From NCBI GenBank assembly GCA_963843555.1, contig CAWJKV010000013.1, positions 1-41,630 on the forward strand: a stretch of DNA of 41,630 nt. Reading direction: 5' to 3'. The stretch comes from an uncultured Methanosarcinales archaeon (GTDB lineage: Archaea; Halobacteriota; Methanosarcinia; Methanotrichales; Methanotrichaceae). The position numbers were made by a program, and so were the translations under genes. Below are positions 26,024 through 37,740 of the stretch, in pieces. The first letter of the stretch is position 1; each line of letters begins with the position of its first letter. Below the pieces are notes generated by a model. That model was given only the letters and a program-made list of their open reading frames with translations, made no database searches and was not told the origin of the DNA.

Positions 26024-29000
26024 CTACGATCCAACCTGAGACGTCTGATATTTTCTCAGTATCTCGGCCAATTCAGCCATCTTCACGGGCTTGCTGATGT
26101 AGTCGTCCATACCGGCCTCAAGGCACTTCTCCCGGTCGCCTTGCAGGGCATAGGCGGTGACGGCTATTATCTTCGGCCCGTCGCCCGGCCATCTCTGACG
26201 GATAATCCGGGTGGCCTCCAGGCCATCCATCTCGGGCATTCTTACGTCCATGAGCACAAGATCGTAAGGCTGACGTTCCAGAGCCTGGCATACTTCAATG
26301 CCATTGGCTACCACATCCGCTTTGTAGCCCAGGCGCATAAGTATCTGCAAGGCCACTTTTTGGCTGGATACATTGTCTTCTGCCAAGAGTATCCTCGTAG
26401 GATTGATCTGGATCTCCTTCTTTCCTGTACCGGGTCGAGCCGTCTTTCGGGCCAGCTGCAGGGAGATGGTGTTCGTCAGAACCTTGCGCAATTGAGAGGG
26501 TTTGATGGGCTTGGGAAGGCTGGCATCGAAAAAATCAGAATCTATTCGCTGACCTCTATTTGTTAATACAACCAGTGGCATATCCCGGTCATAATTTCGG
26601 ATCTCTTTAGCCAGAGTCAATCCATTCATCTCAGGCATATTCATGTCCAGGATGGTGACATCGAATTTGTCTCCCCTTTGAATCCAGCCGAGAGCATCCT
26701 TGCCCGAAGCTGCAATCAGGGGCGACATGCCCCAGGAATAAAGATAGGCCCCCAGGATGCGGCGGATGGTACTGTTATCGTCGACAATCAGCACTCTCTT
26801 GCCGACCAGCTGAGGCGGGACTCCTGCAAGTGTCTTTCGTCCATCGGGCACCGTCTCAGCGCGAATGGTAAAATTGAACGTCGAGCCCTTTCCCGGAAGG
26901 CTATCCACCCAAATCCTGCCCCCCATCAGCTCCACGAGCTTGCGACTGATGGCGAGACCCAGACCCGTTCCGCCGTACTTGCGAGTAACTGTTGCATCAA
27001 CCTGGGCAAAGGGCTGGAAAAGATGACCAATCTGCTCCGCTGAGATGCCAATACCTGAATCCCGGACTGCAAAATGAATCTCATGAGTGCCCGTGTCACC
27101 CTTCGAAGCCAGGACAGATAACTCGATCTCGCCCCATTCTGTAAATTTGACGGCGTTATTCAACAGGTTACTAAGAATCTGACGCAGCCTGGTGGGGTCC
27201 CCGATGATGAACTCCGGAACACTTTTATCGATGGTATATGCCAGAATCAGTCCCTTCTGTGTAGCACCTGCTGACACCAGGTCAAGAGCTTCCTCGACAC
27301 TGCCTCGCAACTCGAAGGGCTGCTCCTCCAAAACCACCTTTTCCCTTCCTATCTTGGAAAAGTCGAGGATATCATTGATGATGACCATCAGCGCATCCCC
27401 ATTGATTCTGATGGTCTCTATGAAGTCTTTCTGTTCAGGGTTCAGATCCCCATCATCCAGGAGAATGGAGGTCATGCCTATGACCGCGTTCATGGGCGTG
27501 CGAATCTCGTGGCTCATGTTGGCCATAAAATCGGATTTGGCCCGGGCTGCGCTCTCTGCTTCATCAATTGCCTTCAAGAGAGCATCCATAGTCTCTTTGT
27601 GTTCCCTGATCTCTATTCGCAGCTCTTCATTTATTGTTTCCAATTCCTTCTTCGCAAGCGAAAGTTCTGCCGTCCTCTCCAGAACCTTCTGCTCCAGTCT
27701 ATCGTGGGCCTCATGGAGATCCTCTTCCATCTGCTTGCGTTCGGTGATGTCAACGTAAGTGCATATCAAGAAGTCGATTCTGCCATCGGATTTTAGTATC
27801 GGCTCGGCGCTGATCAGCATCCAAATGAGATCCCCGCCTGCAGGCAACTGCACACCCGCCAGCCGGTTCCTGAAGGACTTGCCGGTCAATGCGGCCTTGC
27901 GAACGGGATGGTCGTCAACATGTAAGAGTGTGCCGTCTTCTCCAAATACCTTCCATTCGCTCCATCTTTGATCATTGACATTCTTGATGCTGGATTGATC
28001 CGAAAGGCCAAACATCCGCAAGAATGCCGGATTGTATATCATGAACTTGCCGGACTCATCGACGAGCGCCACACCTGAATTCAGGTTTTCGATTAGTATT
28101 CTAAACCGATCCTCACTCTTTCTCAACTCCTCCTTCGCCCTCTTGCTCTCGGTGATGTCACGGTTCACCGCTACCGCTCCGACGAAATTCCCTTCGACAT
28201 CTTTGAGCGCGGTCACTGATGACAACACAGAAACATCGGTCGCGTCTTTCTTCTTCTGGATCGCTTCACCAACCCAAGTATCACTCTCAAGAACCTGTTC
28301 GGCCATTTCAAAGAAGGTCTTTCCATCGAGATATCTGGTCTGAAGCAATTCATTTGCAGATTTGCCTGCTACCTCATCCTCCCGCCAGCCGTAAATCGTC
28401 TCAGCGGCTTTGTTCCAGCTTCGTATCGCGAAGTCTTCGTCGGTCGAAATAATGGCATCGGAAACGCTTTCAATCAGAGATGACCGGTAGCGAATGAATT
28501 CGTCCGCCTTCTTTCGTTCGGTGATGTCCTGAATGATAACATAGCATGCTTCTACGGCATCCGAATCCCCTCGCCCTGGAATCAAAGTTACGTTCAGAGC
28601 CCTTGTTTGTCCATCTTTTAAGATCATATGGTCATAGGTCGTCATCTTTCCGGAGAGCGCCTCTCTGAAATAAGGAAGAGCAGTCTCATACTCTTGCCTG
28701 GGTAGAACTTCCGACATATGCAGCCCAATGATCTCTGACCTGGGTCGATTCAGCCAATATGCGTATGATTGATTCACAAAAAGGAAATGCAGGTCGGCAC
28801 TAATGTAAGCGATTAAAATTGGTATGCCATCGGCAACCAGCATTATCTCCTCCGCGCTCATCCAGAGTGCTTCCGAAGATGCAGCATGCTCCTCATTTTG
28901 CAGGCAGAGCTCCTCATCTGCTAGAGAGAGCCCTTTTAGGCGTTCCTCGAGCTCTGCAAGCGCTTTTGACATGATCTCGACCGCATTGCCTGGATCGCTG

Positions 29001-29089
29001 ATGTCATTTTTCCTGAGGTCTTCTAAGTACTTATATAGTTCAGCTATTTTTCGGGATAGGTTATCGCTCACCATTTTGTTCGCCCTCAT
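26024..29089 (-). CDS. Cytoplasmic hybrid histidine kinase: 3 PAS + HisKA + HATPase + 2 REC
   Basis: Three DITE-terminated PAS/PAC units. [15 protein letters not shown]-box, [14 protein letters not shown] and GGTGLGL. Receivers ILDMNMP...KP and LMDVRMP...KP. No TM segment. Confidence 0.95.
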   Translation of the reverse strand: MRANKMVSDNLSRKIAELYKYLEDLRKNDISDPGNAVEIMSKALAELEERLKGLSLADEELCLQNEEHAASSEALWMSAEEIMLVADGIPILIAYISADLHFLFVNQSYAYWLNRPRSEIIGLHMSEVLPRQEYETALPYFREALSGKMTTYDHMILKDGQTRALNVTLIPGRGDSDAVEACYVIIQDITERKKADEFIRYRSSLIESVSDAIISTDEDFAIRSWNKAAETIYGWREDEVAGKSANELLQTRYLDGKTFFEMAEQVLESDTWVGEAIQKKKDATDVSVLSSVTALKDVEGNFVGAVAVNRDITESKRAKEELRKSEDRFRILIENLNSGVALVDESGKFMIYNPAFLRMFGLSDQSSIKNVNDQRWSEWKVFGEDGTLLHVDDHPVRKAALTGKSFRNRLAGVQLPAGGDLIWMLISAEPILKSDGRIDFLICTYVDITERKQMEEDLHEAHDRLEQKVLERTAELSLAKKELETINEELRIEIREHKETMDALLKAIDEAESAARAKSDFMANMSHEIRTPMNAVIGMTSILLDDGDLNPEQKDFIETIRINGDALMVIINDILDFSKIGREKVVLEEQPFELRGSVEEALDLVSAGATQKGLILAYTIDKSVPEFIIGDPTRLRQILSNLLNNAVKFTEWGEIELSVLASKGDTGTHEIHFAVRDSGIGISAEQIGHLFQPFAQVDATVTRKYGGTGLGLAISRKLVELMGGRIWVDSLPGKGSTFNFTIRAETVPDGRKTLAGVPPQLVGKRVLIVDDNSTIRRILGAYLYSWGMSPLIAASGKDALGWIQRGDKFDVTILDMNMPEMNGLTLAKEIRNYDRDMPLVVLTNRGQRIDSDFFDASLPKPIKPSQLRKVLTNTISLQLARKTARPGTGKKEIQINPTRILLAEDNVSSQKVALQILMRLGYKADVVANGIEVCQALERQPYDLVLMDVRMPEMDGLEATRIIRQRWPGDGPKIIAVTAYALQGDREKCLEAGMDDYISKPVKMAELAEILRKYQTSQVGS

Positions 29090-29308
29090 GACCCAGGCTG
29101 ATCAAGAACTCAATCTGATCTTCTGATATAATTCATCATCGACAAGAGGTTTACTTACAAAAAATAATGCATTGTGAGGCAGCTATGATAGATCGTCTTC
29201 TAACGGAGAGAAAGGCAGGCTGCAGGGCCAAATCACCCTCACATGCCCACCCGCAGCCTCCACCTTCAACAGTGCATGAATTTACACAATGTAGACAACT
29301 TTCAGCGT

Positions 29309-29863
29309 TCACGTCATGGCCATGAGCTCGAGCTTCATCCTGTCAGATTCGCCTGATCCGGGTGTGGCTTCCGCCATTTGTGCATCATCTTCGGATACAT
29401 AAGCCAGGTAAAGTTTGCGCCGCTTTCCTTGACTCATCTTGACATGTTTCGGATCCAGCTCCAGGGCACGCTTCATCACGCTTATGACTGTTGTTTTATT
29501 CAGGCCGAGCATATCCACCAGTTCGCTGGTCGTGTACCGCCCCGGCCTCTCTGCCATAATATCGATGAGAGATCGAGCATGATTATCTAAGGCTTTTCCA
29601 TCACCTGAACTCGTTTCTTGGGCAGGCGCAGGTCGCCCCTGCCGGGCGCGAAGCTGGCTCTTCAGGTCGGTTACCTCTTTGGAGAGGCGATCAACCTGAT
29701 CGATCAGCCTGCCAAGGAGCTCCACGTCGCTCTTCTTTGAGTCGAGCTCTCTGGACATCTTATCGATGGCTGAAATGAGCAAAACCATGCTTTGCGCTTC
29801 TTTTCTTTCTTTTTCAATCTCTTCAGCTTTTGTTTTGTATAGCTCTAAAAGCTCTTCGAACAT
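29309..29863 (-). CDS. Coiled-coil plus C-terminal winged HTH protein
   Basis: Heptad-rich N-terminal half. YTTSELVDMLGLNKTTVISVMKR resembles an HTH. AGGAG RBS. Confidence 0.75.
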   Translation of the reverse strand: MFEELLELYKTKAEEIEKERKEAQSMVLLISAIDKMSRELDSKKSDVELLGRLIDQVDRLSKEVTDLKSQLRARQGRPAPAQETSSGDGKALDNHARSLIDIMAERPGRYTTSELVDMLGLNKTTVISVMKRALELDPKHVKMSQGKRRKLYLAYVSEDDAQMAEATPGSGESDRMKLELMAMT

Positions 29864-30079
29864 TTATTGGCTACTCCTAGTATCTTCTAGTTCGGTCTCA
29901 TTTCGAAGCGAATTAAAAGGTTGCCGAGTACGGATATATTACGCTAGTATATATACCTTTCTTAAGATTATCGGATGGGTGGATATATGCTGAGGGCTAT
30001 GCCCCGACATCTGTCTATTCAGCTGGAACCGGGGTTCAGAGCTAGCTGTCAAGCGATAGATATTTCCAAAATAATTGAG

Positions 30080-30876
30080 TCAGATTCTCTTCACAATTTC
30101 AGGCAATTCTTGAATGTCCTTGATAATCTCATTCGCTGCCTGGCGCAATTTTAGGGCGGGGCGGGTATCCTGTTGCACCGTCAGAGACTCCAATATCCGC
30201 TGCTCTCAAGGCATAAAGATCGTTCAGGCCATCACCTACCATCACCACTCGATTGTATTTCTTCTTCAGATCTATTACAATCTCTTTTTTCCGTCAGCGG
30301 GCTGGCGACGGAATGGATTCGCGACAGGTCAATGCCATATTCTTTGAGGTTTGCAAGGCTCCGCATGCTGTCGCCAGAGGCCACATAAACATCCGCCCCC
30401 AGGTTTTCCAGATAGAGCAGGACATTCCTCAATCCTGGGAAAGGGGCGCCTCCTGTGCTCAACGCATAGACTATGTCCTGGCAATCTTCGTCCACTATCA
30501 AGCCTGTAGTCCGATAGGCGCCCGAGCACCTGTCTTTTACCGCCAGATATGCCTCCTGCAGTTCGCGAACTCTGACTTGAGAGCGGCCCAGGATGCTCAG
30601 AACCTCGGTTCTCGAGATATTACTGCTGGAACAGCTTATCTCTACGCACTCCCTCCGTCCCAGGACAAGCGTTCCCAGGAGTTCGTCAGGTGGACTGGAG
30701 ACAATGAGATCAGGATCGATCTGAGGTACTACCAGGGCCCGGCCTTTCTTCTCCATCATCAGCTCCCAGGTTACGACCTTCTCACGAATGACTCCTCGAC
30801 CGATATCCTTGGCCACGCGATACATCATCAGGATGGTGCCTGCTACGTCCATGACCACGGCCAGATCTCCAGACAT
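30080..30876 (-). CDS. HAD-superfamily soluble P-type-ATPase-like phosphatase, two +1 indels (about 30295 and 30186)
   Basis: AVVMDVAGT (motif I) and VASGD. After the shifts: KKEIV...VMVGDGLNDLYALRAADIGV-LTVQQ...EIVKRI*. Confidence 0.85.
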
Positions 30877-31027
30877 CAGCCATTGGGTTGGACGAAAGGA
30901 TGTGATCAAACTATCGGCGGCAAATACGACGAAATTCGATGTCTTTACGCCAAAAAATGGGATCATTGCATTGTTGGCTACAATAACTTTTTTAGCTAGA
31001 AGAACTAAACTAGCGTAAGGCAAGGAA

Positions 31028-31757
31028 ATGGGGTAGAAGTACGAGGGGAGTAGCAATAGCATTGTTGCTAATATTTCTCTTCTCCCTGGAACCGATCTAT
31101 GCAACGCCTGCCCTTCTCGAGCAGGTCCAGGACGGGGAGTTTAGCAACAGGCTGAAGGTGACGGGAACGGGCACCTTCGAGGTGGGCGTCTCCGTTAAGG
31201 ACAAGCATCTAGCCCTGGAATACGAGAACTTCATGTACGGCGATGGCGACCTGGAGATGGATACAGGCACCGTCGAAGCGCAGAGTGCTGCCAAACTTCC
31301 GGGCATGGGCAACGGCTCAGCTGTGCCGCTCAACCTCTATGAGAATACCAGGCTCACCTATTCTGGCAAGACCCCCATGGTTGGAATGAAGCACATCAAC
31401 TCCAGGGCCTTCTGGGGCGGCATAGGTGCAGAGATCACGGAGACATTCTCAGTCACTGAGATGGAGAGAGAGGGAAGCAGCTTCTTCGCCTCTACCAACC
31501 CTGCCTCCTATATGACCGATCCCAACAAGATCGCAGAAATGCTCAAAATAAGTCCCGTCCACACCGTAGGCATGGATACCAAGAACTCCTTTAACGGAAC
31601 CTGGCAGACAGACGCTCGCATGCATAAGATGTTCAGCAAGGACCTCAAGGTCCATGAGTCTTTCACAGGCAAGTTCGATGTGGAGAAGAGGCTGGTGTTC
31701 CACGAAAATCCCGTGGAAGAGAAGAAGCAGTCAGGATGCGACAGCATAGACTGCTGA
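31028..31757 (+). CDS. Secreted hypothetical protein (beta-rich), probable extra G after the start codon
   Basis: Removing one G from ATGGGGTAGA gives the signal peptide MGRSTRGVAIALLLIFLFSLEPIYA joined to ORF 31062..31757. Confidence 0.75.
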
Positions 31758-31820
31758 ATTCATATGAACCTCATCTCAAAATAAACCTTTTATAAATCAG
31801 TAACAAGGGGTCTCTGGTGA

Positions 31821-32027
31821 GTGGGTTTGATTACCAATATTGATGCCAATGGCAGGATTCAACTTCCTCTTGCGATCAGATATGGCCTGAATCTCTGCTC
31901 AGGAGACAAGATCGTTGTGGACCAGCTAGGGGATGGAACAATCATTCTCAAGAAGATCGAAGATGATGAGATCCTGAATCGCAGAGAAGGGTCCCAGGCC
32001 CGGATGAAAGAAGCAGCACATAGTTAA
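31821..32027 (+). CDS. AbrB/MazE/SpoVT-family DNA-binding protein
   Basis: IDANGRIQLPLAIRYGLNLCSGD...GTIILKK. GTG start, with TTTATAAA about 30 nt upstream. Confidence 0.85.
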   Translation: MGLITNIDANGRIQLPLAIRYGLNLCSGDKIVVDQLGDGTIILKKIEDDEILNRREGSQARMKEAAHS

Positions 32028-32125
32028 CGTCATAGCAGATCGTCGCGCACGAGCGGATGAGGGAATTTTGCCATTCCAAACGCTTCCCATGAGAAAGGTA
32101 TTATTCTGTCAGAAAAAATTGATAA

Positions 32126-32199
32126 CGGACCCGCCGGGATTCGAACCCGGGCCCGAGGCTCCGGAGGCCTCTATTCTATCCAGACTATACTACGAGTCC
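32126..32199 (-). tRNA. tRNA-Arg(CCG)
   Basis: GGACTCG/CGGGTCC acceptor stem, GAGGC-CTCCGGA-GCCTC anticodon arm and CCGGG-TTCGAAT-CCCGG T arm. Confidence 0.96.
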
Positions 32200-32308
32200 A
32201 CTCTTCATTTTTCGCTGGGTTCAGGAACTGCGTAATGTATCAACATAAAATTGTGGAATATATAGGCAACGGGCTTTCTTCCCATGGAAGCAGCCCTACC
32301 TACTGATC

Positions 32309-32617
32309 TTAGCTTTCCAGAACGATCTCAATATTTACGTTCTTGGGGACCTGAATTCTCATGAGCTGCCGCAGGGCGCGCTCGTCGGCATCCAGATCGA
32401 TGAGCCTCTTATGCACTCTCATCTCCCAGTGATCCCATGTGGCTGTCCCCTCCCCATCAGGACTCTTCCTGCAGGGAACGACCATTCTCTTCGTGGGTAG
32501 CGGAATAGGTCCCGCCATATGGACACCTGTTCTCTGGGCAATCCCCTTGACCTGGTTGCAAATATCGTCCAGCATCAGAGGATTAGTGCCGGAGAGCCGA
32601 ATTCTTGCCTTTTGCAT
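32309..32617 (-). CDS. rpsJ: 30S ribosomal protein S10 (uS10)
   Basis: [10 protein letters not shown]...GPIPLPTK...RKSPDGEG...HKRLID. Confidence 0.98.
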   Translation of the reverse strand: MQKARIRLSGTNPLMLDDICNQVKGIAQRTGVHMAGPIPLPTKRMVVPCRKSPDGEGTATWDHWEMRVHKRLIDLDADERALRQLMRIQVPKNVNIEIVLES

Positions 32618-32638
32618 GTTTTACACCAAAAAAATGGT

Positions 32639-33913
32639 TTAGCGTGGGACCACGCTTATGCACATGCCGGCCGCGACGGTCGTGCCCATGTCTCTAATAG
32701 CGAACCTTCCCAACTGGGGGATCTCCTTCACTGGCTCGATGACCATGGGCTTGGAGGGCGTAACCATGATAATGGCCGCATCTCCAGCCTTGATGAAGGC
32801 AGGGTTCTCTTCCTTAACAGCTCCGGACCTTGGATCCAGCTTGGCCAGAATGGCAGTCAGGGTGCATGCGATCTGAGCGGTATGGCAGTGGAACACGGGT
32901 GTGTATCCTGCCGATATGGCGCTGGGATGCTGCAGCACTACGATCTGGGCTTTGAACTCCTTGGCTACGGTTGGGGGCTTCTCTACCGATCCGCAGACGT
33001 CTCCGCGGCGAATGTCCTTCTTGGAGACACCGCGCACGTTCCATCCGATATTGTCTCCAGGGAATGCCTCGGCAACTTCCTCGTGATGCATCTCGATGGA
33101 CTTGACCTCGCCTGCCGCCCCGGCGGGCTCGAAGATGATCTTGTCATTCTTTCTCATGACGCCCGTCTCAACTCTGCCCACGGGCACAGTCCCGACACCG
33201 GAGATGGTGTAGACATCCTGCACCGGCACGCGCAGAGGCAGTTTGGTCGGTTTCTCGGGCACCTTGAGGTTGTTCAGGGAATCCAGCAGGGTCGGACCCT
33301 TATACCAGGACAGATTGGCGCTGGGTTTGGCGAGGTTGTCACCCATCAGGCCGGAGATGGGCACGAAGGGTATATCCTCCAGCTTGTATCCGACCATCTT
33401 CAGGAGCTTGCCTACCTCATCCTTGACCTCGTTGAATCTCTTCTCATCGAAGGGCGGTGTGGTGGCGTCGATCTTGTTCATGGCCACGATCAGCTGGTTG
33501 ACTCCCAGGGTCCTGGACAGGAATACGTGCTCCTTGGTCTGAGCCATGACGCCGTCCGGGACAGCTACTACCAGCACGGCCGCATCGGCCTGGCTGGCTC
33601 CCGTGATCATATTCTTTACGAAGTCCCTGTGACCGGGGCAGTCCACTACGGTAAAGTAGAACTTGGCGGTATCGAAGCGGTGATGGGCGATATCGATGGT
33701 GACGCCTCTCTCCCGCTCTTCCTTCAGGCTATCCATGACCCAGGCGAACTCGAAGGTTGCCTTTCCCTTGGATGCTGCTTCTTTCTTGTACTCATCAATG
33801 ACGTGCGGGTCTACTGCCCCCGTCTCGAACATCAATCTGCCTACGGTCGTCGACTTACCATGGTCGACGTGTCCAATGAATGCTAGATTGAGATGTGGCT
33901 TTGCATCTGCCAT
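32639..33913 (-). CDS. tuf: Elongation factor 1-alpha
   Basis: [30 protein letters not shown] and GRFAIRDMG motifs. Confidence 0.98.
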   Translation of the reverse strand: MADAKPHLNLAFIGHVDHGKSTTVGRLMFETGAVDPHVIDEYKKEAASKGKATFEFAWVMDSLKEERERGVTIDIAHHRFDTAKFYFTVVDCPGHRDFVKNMITGASQADAAVLVVAVPDGVMAQTKEHVFLSRTLGVNQLIVAMNKIDATTPPFDEKRFNEVKDEVGKLLKMVGYKLEDIPFVPISGLMGDNLAKPSANLSWYKGPTLLDSLNNLKVPEKPTKLPLRVPVQDVYTISGVGTVPVGRVETGVMRKNDKIIFEPAGAAGEVKSIEMHHEEVAEAFPGDNIGWNVRGVSKKDIRRGDVCGSVEKPPTVAKEFKAQIVVLQHPSAISAGYTPVFHCHTAQIACTLTAILAKLDPRSGAVKEENPAFIKAGDAAIIMVTPSKPMVIEPVKEIPQLGRFAIRDMGTTVAAGMCISVVPR

Positions 33914-33991
33914 AATTTATCTCCTCCAACTGGCACTATCCATATTTTTCAGTATTTCTGCCTTTGTGTTTAATCTTTTCGAAGGCCGAAC

Positions 33992-36187
33992 TTATACAAC
34001 CTTCAGATAATCGCTTGGCTTGGGCATTTCCGGTTTCAGCCCCTTTCTGGTCCTGATCTGTTTGACGGTATCCTGCAACAGGTTGGGAGGCAAGGGCTCG
34101 AATCCTGCGAACTCTGAGGACCAGAGAGCTCTCCCTTCGGTGGCTGACCTTATGGCCCCAGAGAATCCGAACATCTGAGCCACAGGCATCTTGGACTTGA
34201 GGATTATCATGTCGCCCTGGCTGTCCATATTCAGGATAACGCCCCTGCGTCCCTGGATCTCAGACATGGCTCCACCCATTTGATCCTGAGGCACCTGTAT
34301 ATAGACGTTCTGGAAGGGTTCCAGCAGAACTGGATCAGCCATGAGTATTCCGGCCTGCACTGCTTGCCTGACGGCAGGAATGACCTGTGCGGGACCGCGG
34401 TGTACGGCATCCTCGTGCAGCTTTACATCGACGAGCTTGGCTTTTATACCCTGCGCAGGTTCCCTTGATATGGGGCCGTTCTTCAAGGCCTCTTCGAAGC
34501 CTTCCAAGATGAGCTCCATGGTTTCCCTCAGATACTGAATGCCCTTGGTCATGTTGAGAAGAACATTGGTGCCGTAGTAACCGACGATGTTCTTGGCCTC
34601 ATCCTTTTCCATACCCTTCTCGAGGAGAACTTTCCTGCGCTCGACCTCCTCCATCTTCATACTGATCTTGCCCTCTTTCAAGGCCTCGATCACGCCCGGT
34701 TCCAGGGGCTCAAACTCGATGTAGAAGCGGTTATGGTGGTTGGGCGACTTTCCTTCCACTGGTCCTGCTCTGCCGCCGATGGACTCACGATACACCACTA
34801 TGGGCTGAGAGGTCTTCAGTTCTACGCCGCGATCACGCTGCAATCTGGTGACTGTGACATCCAGGTGCAGCTCGCCCATACCGGCCATCAGATGCTCGCC
34901 GGTCTCTTCGTTAATGGTGACCTGCAGGGTTGGATCTTCCTTGGCGATCTGCCTTAAGACCTCTACCACTTTGGGCAGGTCGCGCGTGTTCTTGGCCTCT
35001 ACGGCTACCGTCATGACCGGCTCGGATACGTGCTTGATCTGCTCGAAAGGCGTCATACCTTCTTCAGAAGAGATCGTGGAGCCTACTATAGCATCACGTA
35101 AGCCCGTAACGGCTGCAATGTTTCCAGCGGGAATCTCCTCGACCTCGACCCTCTCCGCGCCCATAACGATGCCCGTCTGCTGAATACGATTGGTTCCGAC
35201 GATGCCGGATACATATAGCTCCATGCCGCGATGGAGGGTTCCGGAGAAGAGCCTCCCCGTAGCTACTTCGCCTGCATGGGGGTCGATCTTCACCTTATTG
35301 ATCATGAAAGCGACAGGCCCTTTGGGATCACAGGTTGCCATGGCCCTTCCGATAGGGGTATCCCAGTCGCCATGCCAGATGACCTTGACCCTGTCCTTTT
35401 GGGCCTCGATAGGGCTGGGAAGGAACTTGACTACCATATCGTTAACGGCTATGTAGAGCGGGACTTTTTCTGCCAGCTCCTTCATCTTTCCTTCCCGGCA
35501 ATAATCGACGACCTGTTCAAAGCCGATGCCCGTCTTCTTCATCTGAGGCACGCTTATAGCCCAGTTGTAGAGAGCTGAGCCGAAGGCAATGTTTCCCTTA
35601 GCGGCATCCAGTTTCCAACCTGCTTTGTACTTCTCCTCGTCCATTCCCTGAATGAGCTTATTGACATTGTCTATGACCTTGCCCAGGCGGGCTGCCATGT
35701 CCTTCTTCTCCACCTTGAGCTCGTTGATCATGCGGTCAACTTTATTGACGAACAGGACCGGCCGAACGCCCTCTTTCAGAGCCTGCCGGAGCACCGTCTC
35801 CGTCTGGGGCATGGCGCCTTCCACAGCATCCACGACGACTACGGCACCGTCTACGGCACGCATGGCACGAGTGACGTCGCCTCCGAAGTCCACGTGACCG
35901 GGAGTATCGATCATGTTGATCAGATATTCTTTGCCGTCCACCTCGTGGACCATGGATACGTTGGCCGCATCGATGGTGATTCCTCGGGCCTGCTCCAGGG
36001 GATCGAAATCCATGAAGAGCTGCTTGCCAGCCAGGTCCATGGAGATCATGCCTGCGCCTCCCAGAAGGTTGTCAGAAAGGGTTGTCTTACCGTGATCAAT
36101 ATGCGCTACGATTCCAATATTCCTGATAAACTCAGGCTTATCCATCAGAGTCGTCACACGTTCTGCTATCTTCTTCCTCTTGCCCAT
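33992..36187 (-). CDS. fusA: Elongation factor 2
   Basis: [21 protein letters not shown] and the diphthamide loop [11 protein letters not shown]. Confidence 0.98.
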   Translation of the reverse strand: MGKRKKIAERVTTLMDKPEFIRNIGIVAHIDHGKTTLSDNLLGGAGMISMDLAGKQLFMDFDPLEQARGITIDAANVSMVHEVDGKEYLINMIDTPGHVDFGGDVTRAMRAVDGAVVVVDAVEGAMPQTETVLRQALKEGVRPVLFVNKVDRMINELKVEKKDMAARLGKVIDNVNKLIQGMDEEKYKAGWKLDAAKGNIAFGSALYNWAISVPQMKKTGIGFEQVVDYCREGKMKELAEKVPLYIAVNDMVVKFLPSPIEAQKDRVKVIWHGDWDTPIGRAMATCDPKGPVAFMINKVKIDPHAGEVATGRLFSGTLHRGMELYVSGIVGTNRIQQTGIVMGAERVEVEEIPAGNIAAVTGLRDAIVGSTISSEEGMTPFEQIKHVSEPVMTVAVEAKNTRDLPKVVEVLRQIAKEDPTLQVTINEETGEHLMAGMGELHLDVTVTRLQRDRGVELKTSQPIVVYRESIGGRAGPVEGKSPNHHNRFYIEFEPLEPGVIEALKEGKISMKMEEVERRKVLLEKGMEKDEAKNIVGYYGTNVLLNMTKGIQYLRETMELILEGFEEALKNGPISREPAQGIKAKLVDVKLHEDAVHRGPAQVIPAVRQAVQAGILMADPVLLEPFQNVYIQVPQDQMGGAMSEIQGRRGVILNMDSQGDMIILKSKMPVAQMFGFSGAIRSATEGRALWSSEFAGFEPLPPNLLQDTVKQIRTRKGLKPEMPKPSDYLKVV

Positions 36188-36345
36188 AATACGCCTCGCG
36201 AAGTTTAAGATAAATGATATAATCCAGACTAGGACTCAGATTCCTCGGACTCAATCTATTTAAGCCTTCGGCCTTCTCAGGTTGGTTTCGATTTCATAGA
36301 TAAAGCTTAAATCGCTGCGAAGATAGCAAAACAAAGGTTTTTACG

Positions 36346-37740
36346 ATGGCGCGCTTGGTAATGAAGTTTGGTGGTGTTTCCGTTGCTGACGGAAACCGGC
36401 TGAGGCATGTAGGCGATCTGGTCAAGCATTTCCACCGCGACAATGAGATAGTTCTCGTCACCTCCGCCCTTCAAGGCGTAACAGACGACCTCCTGGCCTG
36501 TGCCAGAAAAGCGGCAAAAGAGGGAAATGTCTCAGATGTAATCGATTTCATGGAGAAGCTCACGGATAGACACAATCAGGCTATAACCGATGCAATCAAA
36601 GATCCTCAAATAGCCAAAGAAGTTCATGAGACGGTCTCAGATAAGCTCTCCGAGCTGGAAAAAGCCTATATCGGCATCTGCTATTTGGGAGAGCTGACAA
36701 CGCGCTCTTTGGATTACATTTCCAGCTATGGCGAGCAACTGGCCGCCCCTATCCTGGCTGGAGTCTTAAGAGATATGGGCATCCCCTCTCAACCTTATAC
36801 CGGCTCGGAGGCAGGAATCGTCACTGACAGTAACTATGGCGACGCCAAACCCCTGGAAAAGACCTACATCCAGATTCCTCAAAGGCTCTTGCCCCTCAAG
36901 GGCGTTCCTGTGGTCACCGGCTTCATCGCCAAAGACGAGAAAGGCACCATTACCACCCTGGGACGGGGCGGCTCAGATCTGTCCGCCTCGCTTATCGGAG
37001 CGGCCATAGACGCCGATGAGATATGGTTCTGGAAGGAGACCTCAGGAATCATGACCACGGACCCAAAGATTGTGCCCGAAGCCAAGACCATACCCATCAT
37101 CTCTTACCGGGAAGCCATGGAATTGTCCTACTTTGGAGCCAAGGTGCTCCATCCCAGGGCCATTGAGCCCGCCATTCGCAAGGGCATTCCCGTGCGCGTC
37201 AAATGCACCTTCGATCCCGATGCTCCAGGCACACAGGTGGTGCATGACGATATACCAAAAGAGGATGTGATAAAGGCGGTCACATTGCACAAGGGCGTGG
37301 CTTTGCTCAACATATCCGGCGCAGGAATGATTGGGACTCTTGGCGTGGCAGCTCGCGCCTTCACGGCACTGGCAAGAGCCGGCATTAACATCGTCATGAT
37401 CAGCCAGGGTTCATCTGAAGCCAACATCTCCATGGTCATCGAGGAGCGCCAGGTAGAGATGGCCGAGGATGTCTTGCGTTCTGAATTCCCCCAGGATCTG
37501 GTCAAGGAGATATCGCATGATCATGATGTCTCTGCCGTGGCAGTAACAGGCGCTGGAATGGCGGGAACGCCCGGCGTCGCTGCCAGGGTCTTCAAGGCCA
37601 TGGGTGCGGCCAAGATAAATGTGGTTATGATCAGTCAAGCATCGGGTCAGCACAACATCTCCTTCGTAGTCGCATCCCAGGACGGCGAAAAGGCCGTGAA
37701 AGAGCTGCACCGCGAGTTTGGTCTGGGAGGTGAGGCATGA
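36346..37740 (+). CDS. lysC: Aspartate kinase
   Basis: MKFGG, TTLGRGGSD, ELSYFGAKVLHP and two ACT domains. Confidence 0.95.
   Translation: MARLVMKFGGVSVADGNRLRHVGDLVKHFHRDNEIVLVTSALQGVTDDLLACARKAAKEGNVSDVIDFMEKLTDRHNQAITDAIKDPQIAKEVHETVSDKLSELEKAYIGICYLGELTTRSLDYISSYGEQLAAPILAGVLRDMGIPSQPYTGSEAGIVTDSNYGDAKPLEKTYIQIPQRLLPLKGVPVVTGFIAKDEKGTITTLGRGGSDLSASLIGAAIDADEIWFWKETSGIMTTDPKIVPEAKTIPIISYREAMELSYFGAKVLHPRAIEPAIRKGIPVRVKCTFDPDAPGTQVVHDDIPKEDVIKAVTLHKGVALLNISGAGMIGTLGVAARAFTALARAGINIVMISQGSSEANISMVIEERQVEMAEDVLRSEFPQDLVKEISHDHDVSAVAVTGAGMAGTPGVAARVFKAMGAAKINVVMISQASGQHNISFVVASQDGEKAVKELHREFGLGGEA

Noticed and set aside
29095..29142. Second C/D sRNA (minus-strand ATGATGA near 29133-29139)
   Set aside because: No properly spaced CTGA D'/D boxes; more likely the kinase promoter region.
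32519..33886. 455-aa plus-strand ORF
   Set aside because: Antisense shadow of tuf caused by codon bias; no recognisable motifs.
33992..36187. Diphthamide-less EF-2 paralogue
   Set aside because: The canonical HRG loop is retained and dph5 is present.
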